A DNA stretch of 64,000 bases, from NCBI GenBank assembly GCA_965279125.1, contig CBDIHL010000038.1:124302-188301 (forward strand). Direction: 5' to 3'. This document shows, piece by piece, positions 43,536-53,480 of this stretch. Below the pieces are notes generated by a model. The model was not told the origin of the DNA and did not search any database. It saw nothing but the letters and a program-made list of their open reading frames with translations. A program made the position numbers and the translations under genes. The stretch is from Dinoroseobacter sp. GTDB taxonomy: Bacteria > Pseudomonadota > Alphaproteobacteria > Rhodobacterales > Rhodobacteraceae. Position 1 is the first letter of the stretch; each line of letters begins with the position of its first letter.

Positions 43536-44864
43536 CTAACGCTTTAACGCAGCTGCGAGTGCAAGGTAAGACGCTTTTGGGGTCCGTTTGAGCGTCTCGA
43601 AGTCCACATGCACGAGGCCGAAGCGTTTGTCATAGCCCAAGGCCCATTCGTAATTGTCCATCAAGGACCAGATAAAATAGCCCTTGAGCGGCGCACCATC
43701 GGCAATCGCGCGTTTGGCAGCGGCAAAATGCTGGTTCAGATATTCCTGACGCGCGAGGTCAGAGACCGCACCGTCCTCGACCGTATCATACGAGGCCATC
43801 CCGTTTTCGGTGATCATGATCGGCAAATCGCCCGTATAGTCGCGCGCGAGCCAGGTGATGAAATGGTACAGGCCGTCTGGATAAATCTCCCAGTCCATGG
43901 CGGTTTTGGGCAGGGGGCCTTCAACCTCCTTATGAGAGGGCCAGCTTGTGTCGTCGGGCGCGATCAGTTTGCGGGTGTAATAGTTAATGCCCACCCAATC
44001 GAGGGGTTGTGCAATCGTGTCGAAATCATCCTGCCATCCGTCGGGCAGATGCGGCCCCAAGCCTTCAAGCACATCTTCGGGGTAGCTTTTCTTGAACAGG
44101 CCCGAGATGAAAAACCGGTTGTAATAGCCATCATAGAGCTGGGCCGCGGCCTTTGCTTCAGGCGTGTCATCAGCGGGCTGCGCATATTCAAAATTGCAGA
44201 CAGCACCGAGGTTTGTCATGCCAAGTTCACGCATCACTTTAATTGCACGACCATGGCTCAGCAGCACATGATGCATCGCGCGCGCGGTGGCCCGGATATC
44301 GCGCAGACCCGGCGCGTGGTGACCGAGAAAATGGCTCAGCCAGCCGACGCACCAAGGCTCGTTAATCGGCGCGACCGAGGCCACCCGATCCCCGATCCGG
44401 CCCATGATGATGGCGGTGTACTCTGCGAACCAATTGGGCATATCGGCATTGCGCCACCCCCCCTTATCGGCGAGCACGCTTGGCAATTCCCAATGATAGA
44501 GCGTGGCGTGAGGCTCGATCCCGCGCTCCAGCAGACCGTCCACGAGACGCTCATAAAAATCCAAGCCTTCGACGTTGGGCGCACCGGTGCCACCGGGCAA
44601 GACACGGGCCCAGGAGGTCGAGAAGCGGTAACAATCAACCCCTAAATCCCGAATAAGATCAAGGTCTTCGTCCATGCGGTTCAAGTGATCGCAAGCCAAA
44701 GCTCCGTTCTCGGCCCGCACAACATTGCCCGGAGTTTGTGCAAAATCATCCCAATGGGTGCGCCCTGCGCCACCCATCGCATGGCCTTCGATCTGATAGG
44801 CAGAGGTCGCGGTTCCAAACAGGAACCCCTCGGGAAAGTCGGAGCGTTTGTGGTCAAATGTCAT
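43536..44864 (-). CDS. GH1 beta-glucosidase
   Basis: FLFGTATSAYQIEG N-terminal signature, acid/base INEPW (NEP), nucleophile ITENG. Confidence 0.9.
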   Translation of the reverse strand: MTFDHKRSDFPEGFLFGTATSAYQIEGHAMGGAGRTHWDDFAQTPGNVVRAENGALACDHLNRMDEDLDLIRDLGVDCYRFSTSWARVLPGGTGAPNVEGLDFYERLVDGLLERGIEPHATLYHWELPSVLADKGGWRNADMPNWFAEYTAIIMGRIGDRVASVAPINEPWCVGWLSHFLGHHAPGLRDIRATARAMHHVLLSHGRAIKVMRELGMTNLGAVCNFEYAQPADDTPEAKAAAQLYDGYYNRFFISGLFKKSYPEDVLEGLGPHLPDGWQDDFDTIAQPLDWVGINYYTRKLIAPDDTSWPSHKEVEGPLPKTAMDWEIYPDGLYHFITWLARDYTGDLPIMITENGMASYDTVEDGAVSDLARQEYLNQHFAAAKRAIADGAPLKGYFIWSLMDNYEWALGYDKRFGLVHVDFETLKRTPKASYLALAAALKR

Positions 44865-44888
44865 GCTGTCTTTCGGGGCTTGAAATGA

Positions 44889-45914
44889 TTAACGGGGTGC
44901 GTGGCTTGTGGATTGGCCGAGGATTAATTCCGCCTCCCAAAGCTCTTGCATCATTCGGTTTTCTTGGCTTATGACCTGCGCAATCAACAGCTCCGCACAG
45001 CGCATCCCGGCGTCGCGCACGGAAGACCGCGTGGCGGTAAACAGCGGCAGCTCGTCGCCATTGCGCAAATACGACAGCGCATCATCATGGGTCACGACGG
45101 AGACATCCCGCCCCATTTCCAGCCCAGCTTCGCCGATGGCGCGCTGCACACCGATGGCCAGCAAGATGGAGGACACGATGATCGCTGTCGGGCGGTTGGG
45201 CAGCTTCAGCAGGCGCTGCGCGTGATGAAAGCCAAAGCTCTCCGTCATCTCGCCGGCGGCTTGCAGATCGGCGGTCACGGCGAGACCGCGCGCCTCAAAC
45301 GCCTCGATAAAGCCGTGGCGACGGCGGCGCGCGAAGTCCATCGTCTCATGCCCATTGATCAGTGAAATGCGGGTGTGCCCGAGATCCAACAAGAACTCCG
45401 TCGCACGGCGAAACGCGCGACGATTGTCCATGTCGAGCCACGCGTAATCCTCGACCCGTTCAGGCACGCGGCCATGTACCACAAAGGGCAAGCCAAGCTC
45501 TTTGAGCAGATCGGGGCGCGGATCGTTGAGGCGCGGCGCATGGACGATCACCCCGTCGACGCTGCCCTTGGAGGCCATCTCGCGGTAGGCTTTCTGCTCG
45601 TCCTGTTGGCGCACGACCGACAAGAGCATGTCATACCCTTCGCGCGCATAGGCCTCGCCTGCGCCTGCGATGAAGTCGCCAAAGACGGGGTTTACCATTT
45701 CATGATCGGTCGAGAGGGGAATCACATGCCCAATCGACATCGAGCGACCGGTTGCGAGGCTTTTGGCGCGGGTATTGGGTTGGTAATTGTAACGGTCTGC
45801 TGCGGCGACGATTCGCGCTCTGGTTGCCTCAGAGACCTCTGGATAGCCGTTCAGCGCACGGCTGACCGTGGTCTGGCTGACCCCCAGTTTCTGTGACAAC
45901 TCCCTAAGATTCAT
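44889..45914 (-). CDS. LacI-family transcriptional regulator (AglR-like)
   Basis: HTH MNLRELSQKLGVSQTTVSRALNG plus a periplasmic-binding-protein-like core. Divergent from the agl operon. ATG 45914 chosen over the listed 45953. Confidence 0.9.
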   Translation of the reverse strand: MNLRELSQKLGVSQTTVSRALNGYPEVSEATRARIVAAADRYNYQPNTRAKSLATGRSMSIGHVIPLSTDHEMVNPVFGDFIAGAGEAYAREGYDMLLSVVRQQDEQKAYREMASKGSVDGVIVHAPRLNDPRPDLLKELGLPFVVHGRVPERVEDYAWLDMDNRRAFRRATEFLLDLGHTRISLINGHETMDFARRRRHGFIEAFEARGLAVTADLQAAGEMTESFGFHHAQRLLKLPNRPTAIIVSSILLAIGVQRAIGEAGLEMGRDVSVVTHDDALSYLRNGDELPLFTATRSSVRDAGMRCAELLIAQVISQENRMMQELWEAELILGQSTSHAPR

Positions 45915-45928
45915 TGCAAACTTAGCTT

Positions 45929-45943
45929 TCCAAAGCGCTTTCA
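45929..45943. promoter_or_regulatory. second LacI-family operator (TCCAAAGCGCTTTCA), likely autoregulatory
   Basis: Shares the 13-mer TCCAAAGCGCTTT with the 46094 site. Lies 15-29 nt upstream of the regulator's ATG on the minus strand. Confidence 0.5.
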
Positions 45944-46093
45944 ATCCCAGCACACTAGGCGCAGTCGGCCCCGAACGTCAAAAGCAAATATGTCTGACGC
46001 TAACAAACCGAATACAAAGAGAAGTGGGAAAAACTTCAGGGTGACACGTCACGGTGATTGACATGAAGCCTAAGGTGGGGAACTGTCCACGCA

Positions 46094-46109
46094 TCCAAAG
46101 CGCTTTGGA
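46094..46109. promoter_or_regulatory. LacI-family operator, perfect 16-bp palindrome TCCAAAGCGCTTTGGA
   Basis: Perfect dyad with a central CG, as in LacI/GalR operators. About 65 nt upstream of the aglE ATG. Confidence 0.65.
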
Positions 46110-46173
46110 AATGAGTCCTTTGCGCGCGGAAATATCGTGGTGGGCCAGGAATAGGTCTCAACGGGAGGAACTA

Positions 46174-47460
46174 ATGAAAAAATCGTTTTACACAGGGGCT
46201 GCCGTCCTTGCATTGACCGCGGGCATGGCGCACGCAGAAGGTCATCTCGCAGGTGAGCAAGTTACCGTTTTCGGTCCATGGCTCGGCCCGGACCAAGAGA
46301 TCGTTGAAGAAGTGCTGGCAGGCTTTGCTGCCGCGTCCGGCGCGGATGTGCGCTACGTAGGCTCCGACAGCTTCGAGCAGCAGATCCTCGTCGATGCCGA
46401 AGCGGGCTCTGCCCCCAATGTCGCCGTGTTCCCTCAGCCCGGTCTGGCCGCAGACATGGCATCGCGCGGTTTCCTGACGCCTTTGGCAGATGGCACCGGC
46501 GAGTGGATCAACGAGAACTACGCTGCAGGGTCGTCCTGGGTCGATCTGGGCACCTATGCCGACGAGAACGGCGCAGACAACCTTTACGGCTTTTTCTACA
46601 AGGTCGACGTGAAGTCGCTTGTGTGGTTCTCGCCTGAGAACTTCGAGGATGCGGGCTACGAAGTCCCAACCACCATGGAAGAGCTCAAAGCCCTGACAGA
46701 TCAGATCGTCGCCGATGGCGGCACCCCATGGTGCATCGGTCTGGGTTCGGGCGGTGCGACCGGCTGGCCAGCAACCGACTGGGTTGAGGACATGATGCTG
46801 CGCACGCAGGCCCCAGAGGTCTATGACGCGTGGGTTTCCAACGAGATCCCGTTCAACGACGAGCGTGTTGTTGCGGCCATCGAAGAGTTCGGCGCATTTG
46901 CCCGTAACGACGACTATGTCGCCGGTGGCGCAGGTGTTGTGGCCTCCACGGACTTCCGTGACAGCCCCAAAGGCCTCTTCTCGTCGCCCCCACAGTGCTA
47001 CATGCACCGTCAGGCATCGTTCATCCCGGCCTTCTTCCCTGAGGGCACCGTTGTTGGCGAAGATGCAGACTTCTTCTACTTCCCTGCCTACGCTGAAAAA
47101 GACCTCGGCGCACCGGTTCTGGGGGCAGGCACGCTCTGGGCTATCACCAATGACAGCCCTGCGGCCCATGCTCTGATCGAGTATCTGCAAACGACTGAGG
47201 CGCACGAGACATGGATGGCGCGCGGCGGCTTCCTGACACCCCATAAAGGTGTTGATAGCTCGAAGTTCGCAGATCCTGCGACCGCGAAGATGAACGACAT
47301 CCTTCTGGGTGCCACCACCTTCCGCTTTGACGCCTCTGACCTGATGCCAGGTGGTGTTGGTGCAGGCTCGTTCTGGACTGGCATGGTTGACTATGCAGGC
47401 GGCGCAGACGCCACTGAAGTCGCAACCGGCATCCAGGAAAGCTGGGACGCATTGAAGTAA
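46174..47460 (+). CDS. aglE: ABC sugar (alpha-glucoside) substrate-binding protein
   Basis: ATG 46174 follows GGGAGGA. Signal peptide MKKSFYTGAAVLALTAGMAHA. Gene order and sizes match the Sinorhizobium aglEFGAK operon. Confidence 0.8.
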   Translation: MKKSFYTGAAVLALTAGMAHAEGHLAGEQVTVFGPWLGPDQEIVEEVLAGFAAASGADVRYVGSDSFEQQILVDAEAGSAPNVAVFPQPGLAADMASRGFLTPLADGTGEWINENYAAGSSWVDLGTYADENGADNLYGFFYKVDVKSLVWFSPENFEDAGYEVPTTMEELKALTDQIVADGGTPWCIGLGSGGATGWPATDWVEDMMLRTQAPEVYDAWVSNEIPFNDERVVAAIEEFGAFARNDDYVAGGAGVVASTDFRDSPKGLFSSPPQCYMHRQASFIPAFFPEGTVVGEDADFFYFPAYAEKDLGAPVLGAGTLWAITNDSPAAHALIEYLQTTEAHETWMARGGFLTPHKGVDSSKFADPATAKMNDILLGATTFRFDASDLMPGGVGAGSFWTGMVDYAGGADATEVATGIQESWDALK

Positions 47461-47554
47461 GCCACGGCTTACGACAAACCTGAGTGGTCCGCGTGCAACG
47501 ACATGCGGGCCACTCCCATAAAGATAAATGCGATCAGTGCCTTGGGAGGGGACA

Positions 47555-48556
47555 ATGCATCCAGCATTACTTGGTCTGGTGACCATAATCGTCGGTGTAG
47601 GAGCCTGCGTTGGCTACTTCTACTTCGCCAACCAGCTTCTCGATAAGGTACTGTTTCCGGCCAAGGGGCCGAATACGGGGCGCAATATTAACCGCCGCGA
47701 AATGATCCGTCCTTGGGTCTTCCTGTTTCCCGCGCTTTTCGCGCTTGGCCTGTATCTGGCCTATCCGGTGGTCGAGACACTGCGCCTGTCTGTAACCGAC
47801 CGAGATCAGGACGGAGCCTTTGTGGGGCTGGCCAATTACCAACAGATGTTTGGTGAGGACAAATTCTGGGAAGCGCTGCGCAATAACTTCCTGTGGCTGC
47901 TGATCGTGCCTGCGATGTCCACCGCATTTGGCTTGATGATAGCGCAGCTGACCGACCGCATCAAATGGGGTGGGATCGCAAAGTCACTGATCTTCATGCC
48001 GATGGCGATCTCGTTTGTGGGTGCTGCCGTGATCTGGAAGCTGATCTACGACACCCGGCCCGTCGAGCAGGATCAGATCGGTGTACTGAACGCGATCTAT
48101 ATGTTCTTCGGCGGCACGGACCCGCAGACCTGGCTGACGATCCCTCTGTGGAACTCGATCTTCCTGATGATCGTGCTGATCTGGATCCAGACGGGCTTTG
48201 CCATGGTGATCCTGTCGGCTGCACTGCGCGGCATTCCTGAAGAAACCATCGAGGCCGCGATCGTCGATGGCGCGGGCCCGTTTCAGGTCTTCTTCAAGAT
48301 TAAGATGCCGCAAATCTCGGGCACCATCGTGGTCGTGTGGACCACGATCACCATCACCGTCCTGAAGGTTTTCGACATCGTCTTTGCCATGACCAACGGC
48401 CAATGGGGCACGCAGGTTTTGGCCAATTACATGTTCAACCAACTGTTTGTCGCCAATGATTGGGGCGTGGGCTCGGCCTCGGCCATGGTCATCATGCTGA
48501 TGGTGTCGCCCATTCTGGTCTGGAACGTCTACAATGTCCGTAAGGAGATGAAGTGA
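47555..48556 (+). CDS. aglF: ABC sugar transporter permease (MalF-like)
   Basis: EAA-loop region AALRGIPEETIEAAIVDGAG. 6 TMs. ATG 47555 follows GGGAGGGG. Confidence 0.8.
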   Translation: MHPALLGLVTIIVGVGACVGYFYFANQLLDKVLFPAKGPNTGRNINRREMIRPWVFLFPALFALGLYLAYPVVETLRLSVTDRDQDGAFVGLANYQQMFGEDKFWEALRNNFLWLLIVPAMSTAFGLMIAQLTDRIKWGGIAKSLIFMPMAISFVGAAVIWKLIYDTRPVEQDQIGVLNAIYMFFGGTDPQTWLTIPLWNSIFLMIVLIWIQTGFAMVILSAALRGIPEETIEAAIVDGAGPFQVFFKIKMPQISGTIVVVWTTITITVLKVFDIVFAMTNGQWGTQVLANYMFNQLFVANDWGVGSASAMVIMLMVSPILVWNVYNVRKEMK

Positions 48557-49704
48557 TGGATAACATCGCAGGAACCAAATCCTCGCTGACATGGGCGGTG
48601 CATCTGTCGGTCATTTTTCTTGTCTTCCTGTGGGTCTTTCCGACCTTCGGATTGCTCGTATCGTCCTTTCGGACCGCGGACCAGATCTCGACCTCGGGCT
48701 GGTGGAAGGCGATGTTCCCGTCCGAGCAGAACCTGACATTGCGCGCGGCAGGACCCGATGCGCAAACGCTCGAAGGCACGCTTTACGTGATCGAGGGCAA
48801 CTTGTTCGAAGAGGGCTCCGAGGCAGTGATCTCGCGCTGGGGCACATCCTCGCGCGCCATCTCGACATATGCCGCAGGCGAGGTCGGCGAGTTTAACTCC
48901 GGCGAGCAGGTCACGGTCAGCGAAACCGGCGCCTACCGCATCACCTCGCCAGAGGAGATGACCGGAAGTCGCGGCAAACGTATATTCGTGACCGCGGAAT
49001 CCCCGCCTGAATTTACCTTCGACAACTACAATAACATGCTGTTTGACGGCAGTAATTCCGAAGGCATGGCCAAGGCGTTCTTCAATACGCTGACGGTGAC
49101 CATTCCAGCCACGATCATCCCAATCCTGATCGCAGCTTTCGCGGCCTATGCGCTAGCATGGATGGAGTTTCCGGGCCGCGCACTTCTCGTCGCGGCGGTG
49201 GTTGCGCTGTTGGTGGTGCCGCTGCAACTGGCGCTGATCCCACTTCTCAAACTGCATCTCGGTATTGGGATCGGCAAAGGCTATCTGGGGGTATGGCTCG
49301 CCCATACCGGCTTTGGATTGCCGCTCGCGATCTATCTTCTCAGGAACTACATGGTCGGATTGCCGCGAGATATCATTGAGAACGCGCGCGTTGATGGCGC
49401 GACAGAGTTCCAGATCTTTACCAAGATCATCTTGCCGCTGTCCTTCCCGGCGCTCGCGTCCTTCGCAATCTTCCAGTTCCTGTGGACATGGAACGACCTG
49501 CTGGTGGCGCGTGTGTTCCTGATTGACGCAACAGGCGAGACAACGGTGATGACGATCCAAATCGTCGAGCTGTTGGGCACCCGGGGCGGCAATTGGGAAA
49601 TCCTCGCCACGGCGGCCTTCGTGTCCATCGCGGTCCCGTTGGCGGTGTTCTTTGCGATGCAACGCTATCTCGTGCGCGGTCTTCTGGCCGGGTCCGTCAA
49701 ATAA
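48553..49704 (+). CDS. aglG: ABC sugar transporter permease (MalG-like)
   Basis: EAA loop LPRDIIENARVDGATEFQIF. ATGA overlap with the preceding permease gene. Confidence 0.8.
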   Translation: MMDNIAGTKSSLTWAVHLSVIFLVFLWVFPTFGLLVSSFRTADQISTSGWWKAMFPSEQNLTLRAAGPDAQTLEGTLYVIEGNLFEEGSEAVISRWGTSSRAISTYAAGEVGEFNSGEQVTVSETGAYRITSPEEMTGSRGKRIFVTAESPPEFTFDNYNNMLFDGSNSEGMAKAFFNTLTVTIPATIIPILIAAFAAYALAWMEFPGRALLVAAVVALLVVPLQLALIPLLKLHLGIGIGKGYLGVWLAHTGFGLPLAIYLLRNYMVGLPRDIIENARVDGATEFQIFTKIILPLSFPALASFAIFQFLWTWNDLLVARVFLIDATGETTVMTIQIVELLGTRGGNWEILATAAFVSIAVPLAVFFAMQRYLVRGLLAGSVK

Positions 49705-49727
49705 TACTCTGGTAAGGCTTTACGACA

Positions 49728-51416
49728 ATGAATGTGGCCCTTGATACACGGGCGTCAAAACTGGCGCCGACGGTCGACAAGGATTGGTGGCGCGGGGCGG
49801 TGATCTATCAGATCTACCCTCGCAGCTACCAAGACAGCAACGGGGATGGGATTGGCGATCTGTTGGGGATTGTCCAACGCTTGCCCTATGTCGCCTCGCT
49901 GGGTGTAGACGCGATCTGGATTTCGCCGTTCTTCACCTCGCCCATGCAGGATTTCGGCTATGACGTCAGCGACTATTGCGACGTTGATCCGATGTTCGGC
50001 AGCCTGTCGGATTTCGATGCGGTGATCGAGACGGCCCATGCTTTGGGTCTGAAAGTGATGATCGATCTGGTGCTGTCGCATACGTCCGACCAGCATCCGT
50101 GGTTTGCCGAAAGCCGTGCGGATCGGACCAATGACAAGGCCGATTGGTATGTCTGGGCTGACCCGAAGCCTGATGGCACACCTCCCAACAATTGGCTGTC
50201 GATCTTCGGCGGCTCGGCCTGGACTTGGGATGCGCGGCGGTTGCAATATTACCTGCATAACTTCCTGACCTCGCAGCCCGATCTGAACCTACACTGCGAG
50301 GCCGTCCAAGATGCGCTTCTCGATGTGGAGCGGTTCTGGCTGGATCGCGGCGTCGATGGATTCCGTCTTGATACGATCAATTTCTACTTCGCGGACAAAG
50401 AGTTGCGAGACAATCCTGCGCTTCCCCCTGAAAAGCGCAACGCCACGATCGCGCCTGCGGTGAACCCGTATAATCACCAAGAACACCTCTATTCCAAGAA
50501 CCAGCCCGAGAATATCGCCTTCCTCAAGCGCTTCCGCGCGGTGATGGATGACTACCCGGCGATTGCCTGTGTGGGCGAGGTTGGCGATGCGCAACTGGGC
50601 CTCGAGATTTTGGGCGAATACACCAAGGGCGAGGACCGCGTGCATATGTGCTACGCATTCGAGTTTTTGGCAGCCGAAAAGCTGACGGCCGCCCGTGTGG
50701 CCGAAGTTCTGGAACGTGTCGCCCGCGTGGCCGAAGATGGCTGGGCCTGCTGGGCGTTTTCCAACCACGACGTGCAACGCCATGCCAGCCGCTGGAACCT
50801 GTCGCCCTCGGCGACGCGTGGGCTGATCACACTGCTGATGTCCTTGCGCGGCTCGGCTTGTATTTATCAGGGCGAGGAGCTGGGGCTGCACGAAGCAGAT
50901 GTGGCCTTTGAGGACCTGCAAGACCCATATGGCATAGAGTTTTGGCCCGAATTCAAAGGCCGCGACGGCTGCCGCACGCCAATGGTGTGGGAGACCGACA
51001 ATATGAATGGTGGCTTCTCGGCGGTGCGTCCTTGGCTGCCGGTATCCTCGGAGCATCTGCGCTCTTCTGTGGCCGAGCAGGAGGTGCATCCTGATGGCCT
51101 TCTGCATCACTACCGCCGCGCGATTGCGTTCCGGGGGGCCAATTCAGCGCTGGCCAAGGGGGCGTTGAACGCCCTGAAGGTCGACGGCGATGTGTTGTCG
51201 TTCGAGCGTCAAGACGACACTCAAACGCTGTTTTTCGCCCTGAATATGAGCGAAACACCCAGCCCGCTCAGCCTGCCAGCGGCCCCGAGCACCGCAACAG
51301 GTCCGGGCGAATGGCTGCATGTGGGCGCCGAGTTGAACAGCGCAGGCACCGGGCCGGAGGGTCATTGCACCTTGGGTCCATGGCAACCCTGCATCGTACT
51401 CTGGCATCCGGCGTAA
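49728..51416 (+). CDS. aglA: GH13 alpha-glucosidase
   Basis: WWRGAVIYQIYPRSYQDSNGDGIGDL, DLVLSHTS, GFRLDTINF, GEVG: the conserved GH13 regions. Confidence 0.9.
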   Translation: MNVALDTRASKLAPTVDKDWWRGAVIYQIYPRSYQDSNGDGIGDLLGIVQRLPYVASLGVDAIWISPFFTSPMQDFGYDVSDYCDVDPMFGSLSDFDAVIETAHALGLKVMIDLVLSHTSDQHPWFAESRADRTNDKADWYVWADPKPDGTPPNNWLSIFGGSAWTWDARRLQYYLHNFLTSQPDLNLHCEAVQDALLDVERFWLDRGVDGFRLDTINFYFADKELRDNPALPPEKRNATIAPAVNPYNHQEHLYSKNQPENIAFLKRFRAVMDDYPAIACVGEVGDAQLGLEILGEYTKGEDRVHMCYAFEFLAAEKLTAARVAEVLERVARVAEDGWACWAFSNHDVQRHASRWNLSPSATRGLITLLMSLRGSACIYQGEELGLHEADVAFEDLQDPYGIEFWPEFKGRDGCRTPMVWETDNMNGGFSAVRPWLPVSSEHLRSSVAEQEVHPDGLLHHYRRAIAFRGANSALAKGALNALKVDGDVLSFERQDDTQTLFFALNMSETPSPLSLPAAPSTATGPGEWLHVGAELNSAGTGPEGHCTLGPWQPCIVLWHPA

Positions 51417-51492
51417 GCGCGCGGGTGCCCCATCACAACAGGCTCGCATGCGGGCTCAAAAGACCAAGAACGGGACCAGGGAGGGGACCAGA

Positions 51493-52584
51493 ATGGCTGA
51501 TCTAGTACTTAAAGATGTCGAGAAGACATATGGGGGCACGGTCAATGTGCTCAACAACATCGATCTGGACATCAAGCAAGGCGAGCTGATCGTCTTTGTC
51601 GGCCCCTCGGGCTGCGGCAAGTCCACGCTGTTGCGGATGATCGCGGGGCTGGAAAAGATCACCTCCGGCACGCTGGAAATCGACGGCGTTCTGGTCAATG
51701 ACGTGCCTCCCGCACAGCGCGGCATCGCGATGGTGTTCCAGTCCTACGCGCTTTATCCGCATATGACCGTGCGCGATAACATGAGCTTTGCGCTGAAACT
51801 GGCCAAGAAAAGCCCCGAAGAGATCGATGCTGCCGTCAGCAAGGCCGCCAAGATCCTGCAACTGGACGAATATCTCGACCGTTTGCCAAAAGCTTTGTCG
51901 GGCGGTCAGCGCCAGCGTGTGGCCATCGGGCGCTCGATCGTGCGCGACCCGAAGGTTTACCTGTTTGACGAACCGCTCTCGAACCTTGATGCCGCCTTGC
52001 GCGTCGCCACCCGGATCGAGATTGCGCAGCTCAAAGAGTCGATGCCGGAATCGACCATGATCTACGTGACCCATGACCAGGTCGAAGCCATGACGCTTGC
52101 CTCCCGCATCGTGGTTTTGGCCAATAAAGGCATCGCGCAGGTCGGATCCCCGCTGGAGCTCTACGAGCGTCCAAACTCCGAATTTGTCGCCCAGTTCATC
52201 GGCTCTCCGGCAATGAACCTGCTGCAAGGCGAGATCACCGGCACCGGCAAGACCACCACCGTCAAGATCGATGGCGGCGGACAAGCGGTGTCGAACTACC
52301 CGACCGAGGCCGGCGATATAGGCGCACGCGTCAAGGTCGGCATCCGCCCCGAAGATTTCGTGCCCGCCACAGAAGACAATTATGCTTTCTCCGGCGAGGT
52401 GAACATTACCGAAGCCTTGGGCGAGGTGACGCTGCTTTACTTCAAGACCACCGGCGATGAAGAACCTGTCATCGGCAAGCTGCAAGGCATCCATGCTGAT
52501 CTGCGCCACAAGGCGGTCAAGCTGACGGCTGATCCGGCCAAGGTGCATATCTTCAAAGACGGTGTGTCGCTGCTCTATCGTTAA
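51493..52584 (+). CDS. aglK: ABC sugar transporter ATP-binding protein (MalK/UgpC type)
   Basis: Walker A GPSGCGKST, LSGGQRQRVAIGR, Walker B LFDEPLSNLD, C-terminal TOBE-like region. ATG 51493 chosen. Confidence 0.9.
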   Translation: MADLVLKDVEKTYGGTVNVLNNIDLDIKQGELIVFVGPSGCGKSTLLRMIAGLEKITSGTLEIDGVLVNDVPPAQRGIAMVFQSYALYPHMTVRDNMSFALKLAKKSPEEIDAAVSKAAKILQLDEYLDRLPKALSGGQRQRVAIGRSIVRDPKVYLFDEPLSNLDAALRVATRIEIAQLKESMPESTMIYVTHDQVEAMTLASRIVVLANKGIAQVGSPLELYERPNSEFVAQFIGSPAMNLLQGEITGTGKTTTVKIDGGGQAVSNYPTEAGDIGARVKVGIRPEDFVPATEDNYAFSGEVNITEALGEVTLLYFKTTGDEEPVIGKLQGIHADLRHKAVKLTADPAKVHIFKDGVSLLYR

Positions 52585-52608
52585 GTGTGAGTAGAAATGC
52601 GTAACAAA

Positions 52609-52634
52609 GCCCCGCCCTTGTCGGCGGGGCTTTT
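52609..52634 (+). terminator. Rho-independent terminator after aglK
   Basis: GCCCCGCC-CTTGTC-GGCGGGGC followed by TTTTGTGTT, 25 nt after the stop codon. Confidence 0.8.
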
Positions 52635-52709
52635 GTGTTGTCGGCCTGCGGCACGTTTCATATAGCCCGGTGGGACAAGGGACGCAGCAAAGAGGGGCGA
52701 GCAGATCAG

Positions 52710-53480
52710 ATGGGCGAGAACCGGATCAAGGCGCGGTTGCGCGCGGGGCAGATGCAATGGGGTCTTTGGCTGGCGATGAGCAGCCCGACCGCGGCCGAGA
52801 TTGCCGGGCGTGTCGGCTTTGACTGGGTGTTGATCGATGGCGAGCACGGCCCGAACCTGTTGACACAAGCGCTGGAGCAAGCCCGCGCCCTGGGAGGCTC
52901 GGACACCGATGTGGTGCTGCGCGTGCCCGCAGGCGAGGATTGGATGATCAAGCAGGCGCTCGATATCGGGATCACGACATTGCTGGTGCCGATGGTGAAC
53001 TCCGCCGCAGAAGCCGCGCGCATTGCCGCCGCCTGCAAATACCCGCCTGAGGGCACGCGCGGGATGGGCGCGATCCTTGCGCGCGCCAGTGGCTATGGCG
53101 ACGAGGCTGATTATGCGGCCCGCGCCAATGACCGGGTCTGCCTGATCGTGCAGGTCGAAAGTGCCGCCGCTCTGGACGAGCTGGAGGCGATTGCCCAGAC
53201 CCCCGGTGTCGATGCGGTCTTTGTCGGGCCTGCCGATCTGTCCGCTGATATGGGCTATCCCGGCAATATGGATGCGCCCGAGGTTCAGGGCGCGATTGCA
53301 ACGGCTTATGCGACATTGAAACGGCTTGGCGTGCCTTCAGGCACCGTCACCTTTGATCTGGCCGATGTGCCAGACCTGACCGCGCAAGGGGTGCGCTTCC
53401 TGGCCGTGGGCGGTGATGCGGTGCTGTTGCGCCAAGCCATGGGCGCGCAATTGGCGCAAGCCAAGGCAGCGGCGACATGA
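52710..53480 (+). CDS. HpcH/HpaI-family 2-keto-3-deoxy-acid aldolase
   Basis: GLWLAMSSPTAAEIAGRVGFDWVLIDGEHGPN and VRVP...QALDIG are typical of the HpaI/GarL/YfaU class II aldolases. Confidence 0.8.
   Translation: MGENRIKARLRAGQMQWGLWLAMSSPTAAEIAGRVGFDWVLIDGEHGPNLLTQALEQARALGGSDTDVVLRVPAGEDWMIKQALDIGITTLLVPMVNSAAEAARIAAACKYPPEGTRGMGAILARASGYGDEADYAARANDRVCLIVQVESAAALDELEAIAQTPGVDAVFVGPADLSADMGYPGNMDAPEVQGAIATAYATLKRLGVPSGTVTFDLADVPDLTAQGVRFLAVGGDAVLLRQAMGAQLAQAKAAAT

Noticed and set aside
43608-44645. 345-aa + strand ORF opposite the GH1 beta-glucosidase
   Set aside because: Antisense shadow frame. The GH1 signatures (NEP, ITENG) are on the minus strand.
46171-47586. 471-aa minus-strand ORF opposite aglE; likewise 47984-48592(-), 49153-49662(-), 50289-51110(-) and 51502-52548(-) across the agl operon
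   Set aside because: Antisense shadows of genes with clear ABC and GH13 motifs, with no motifs of their own.
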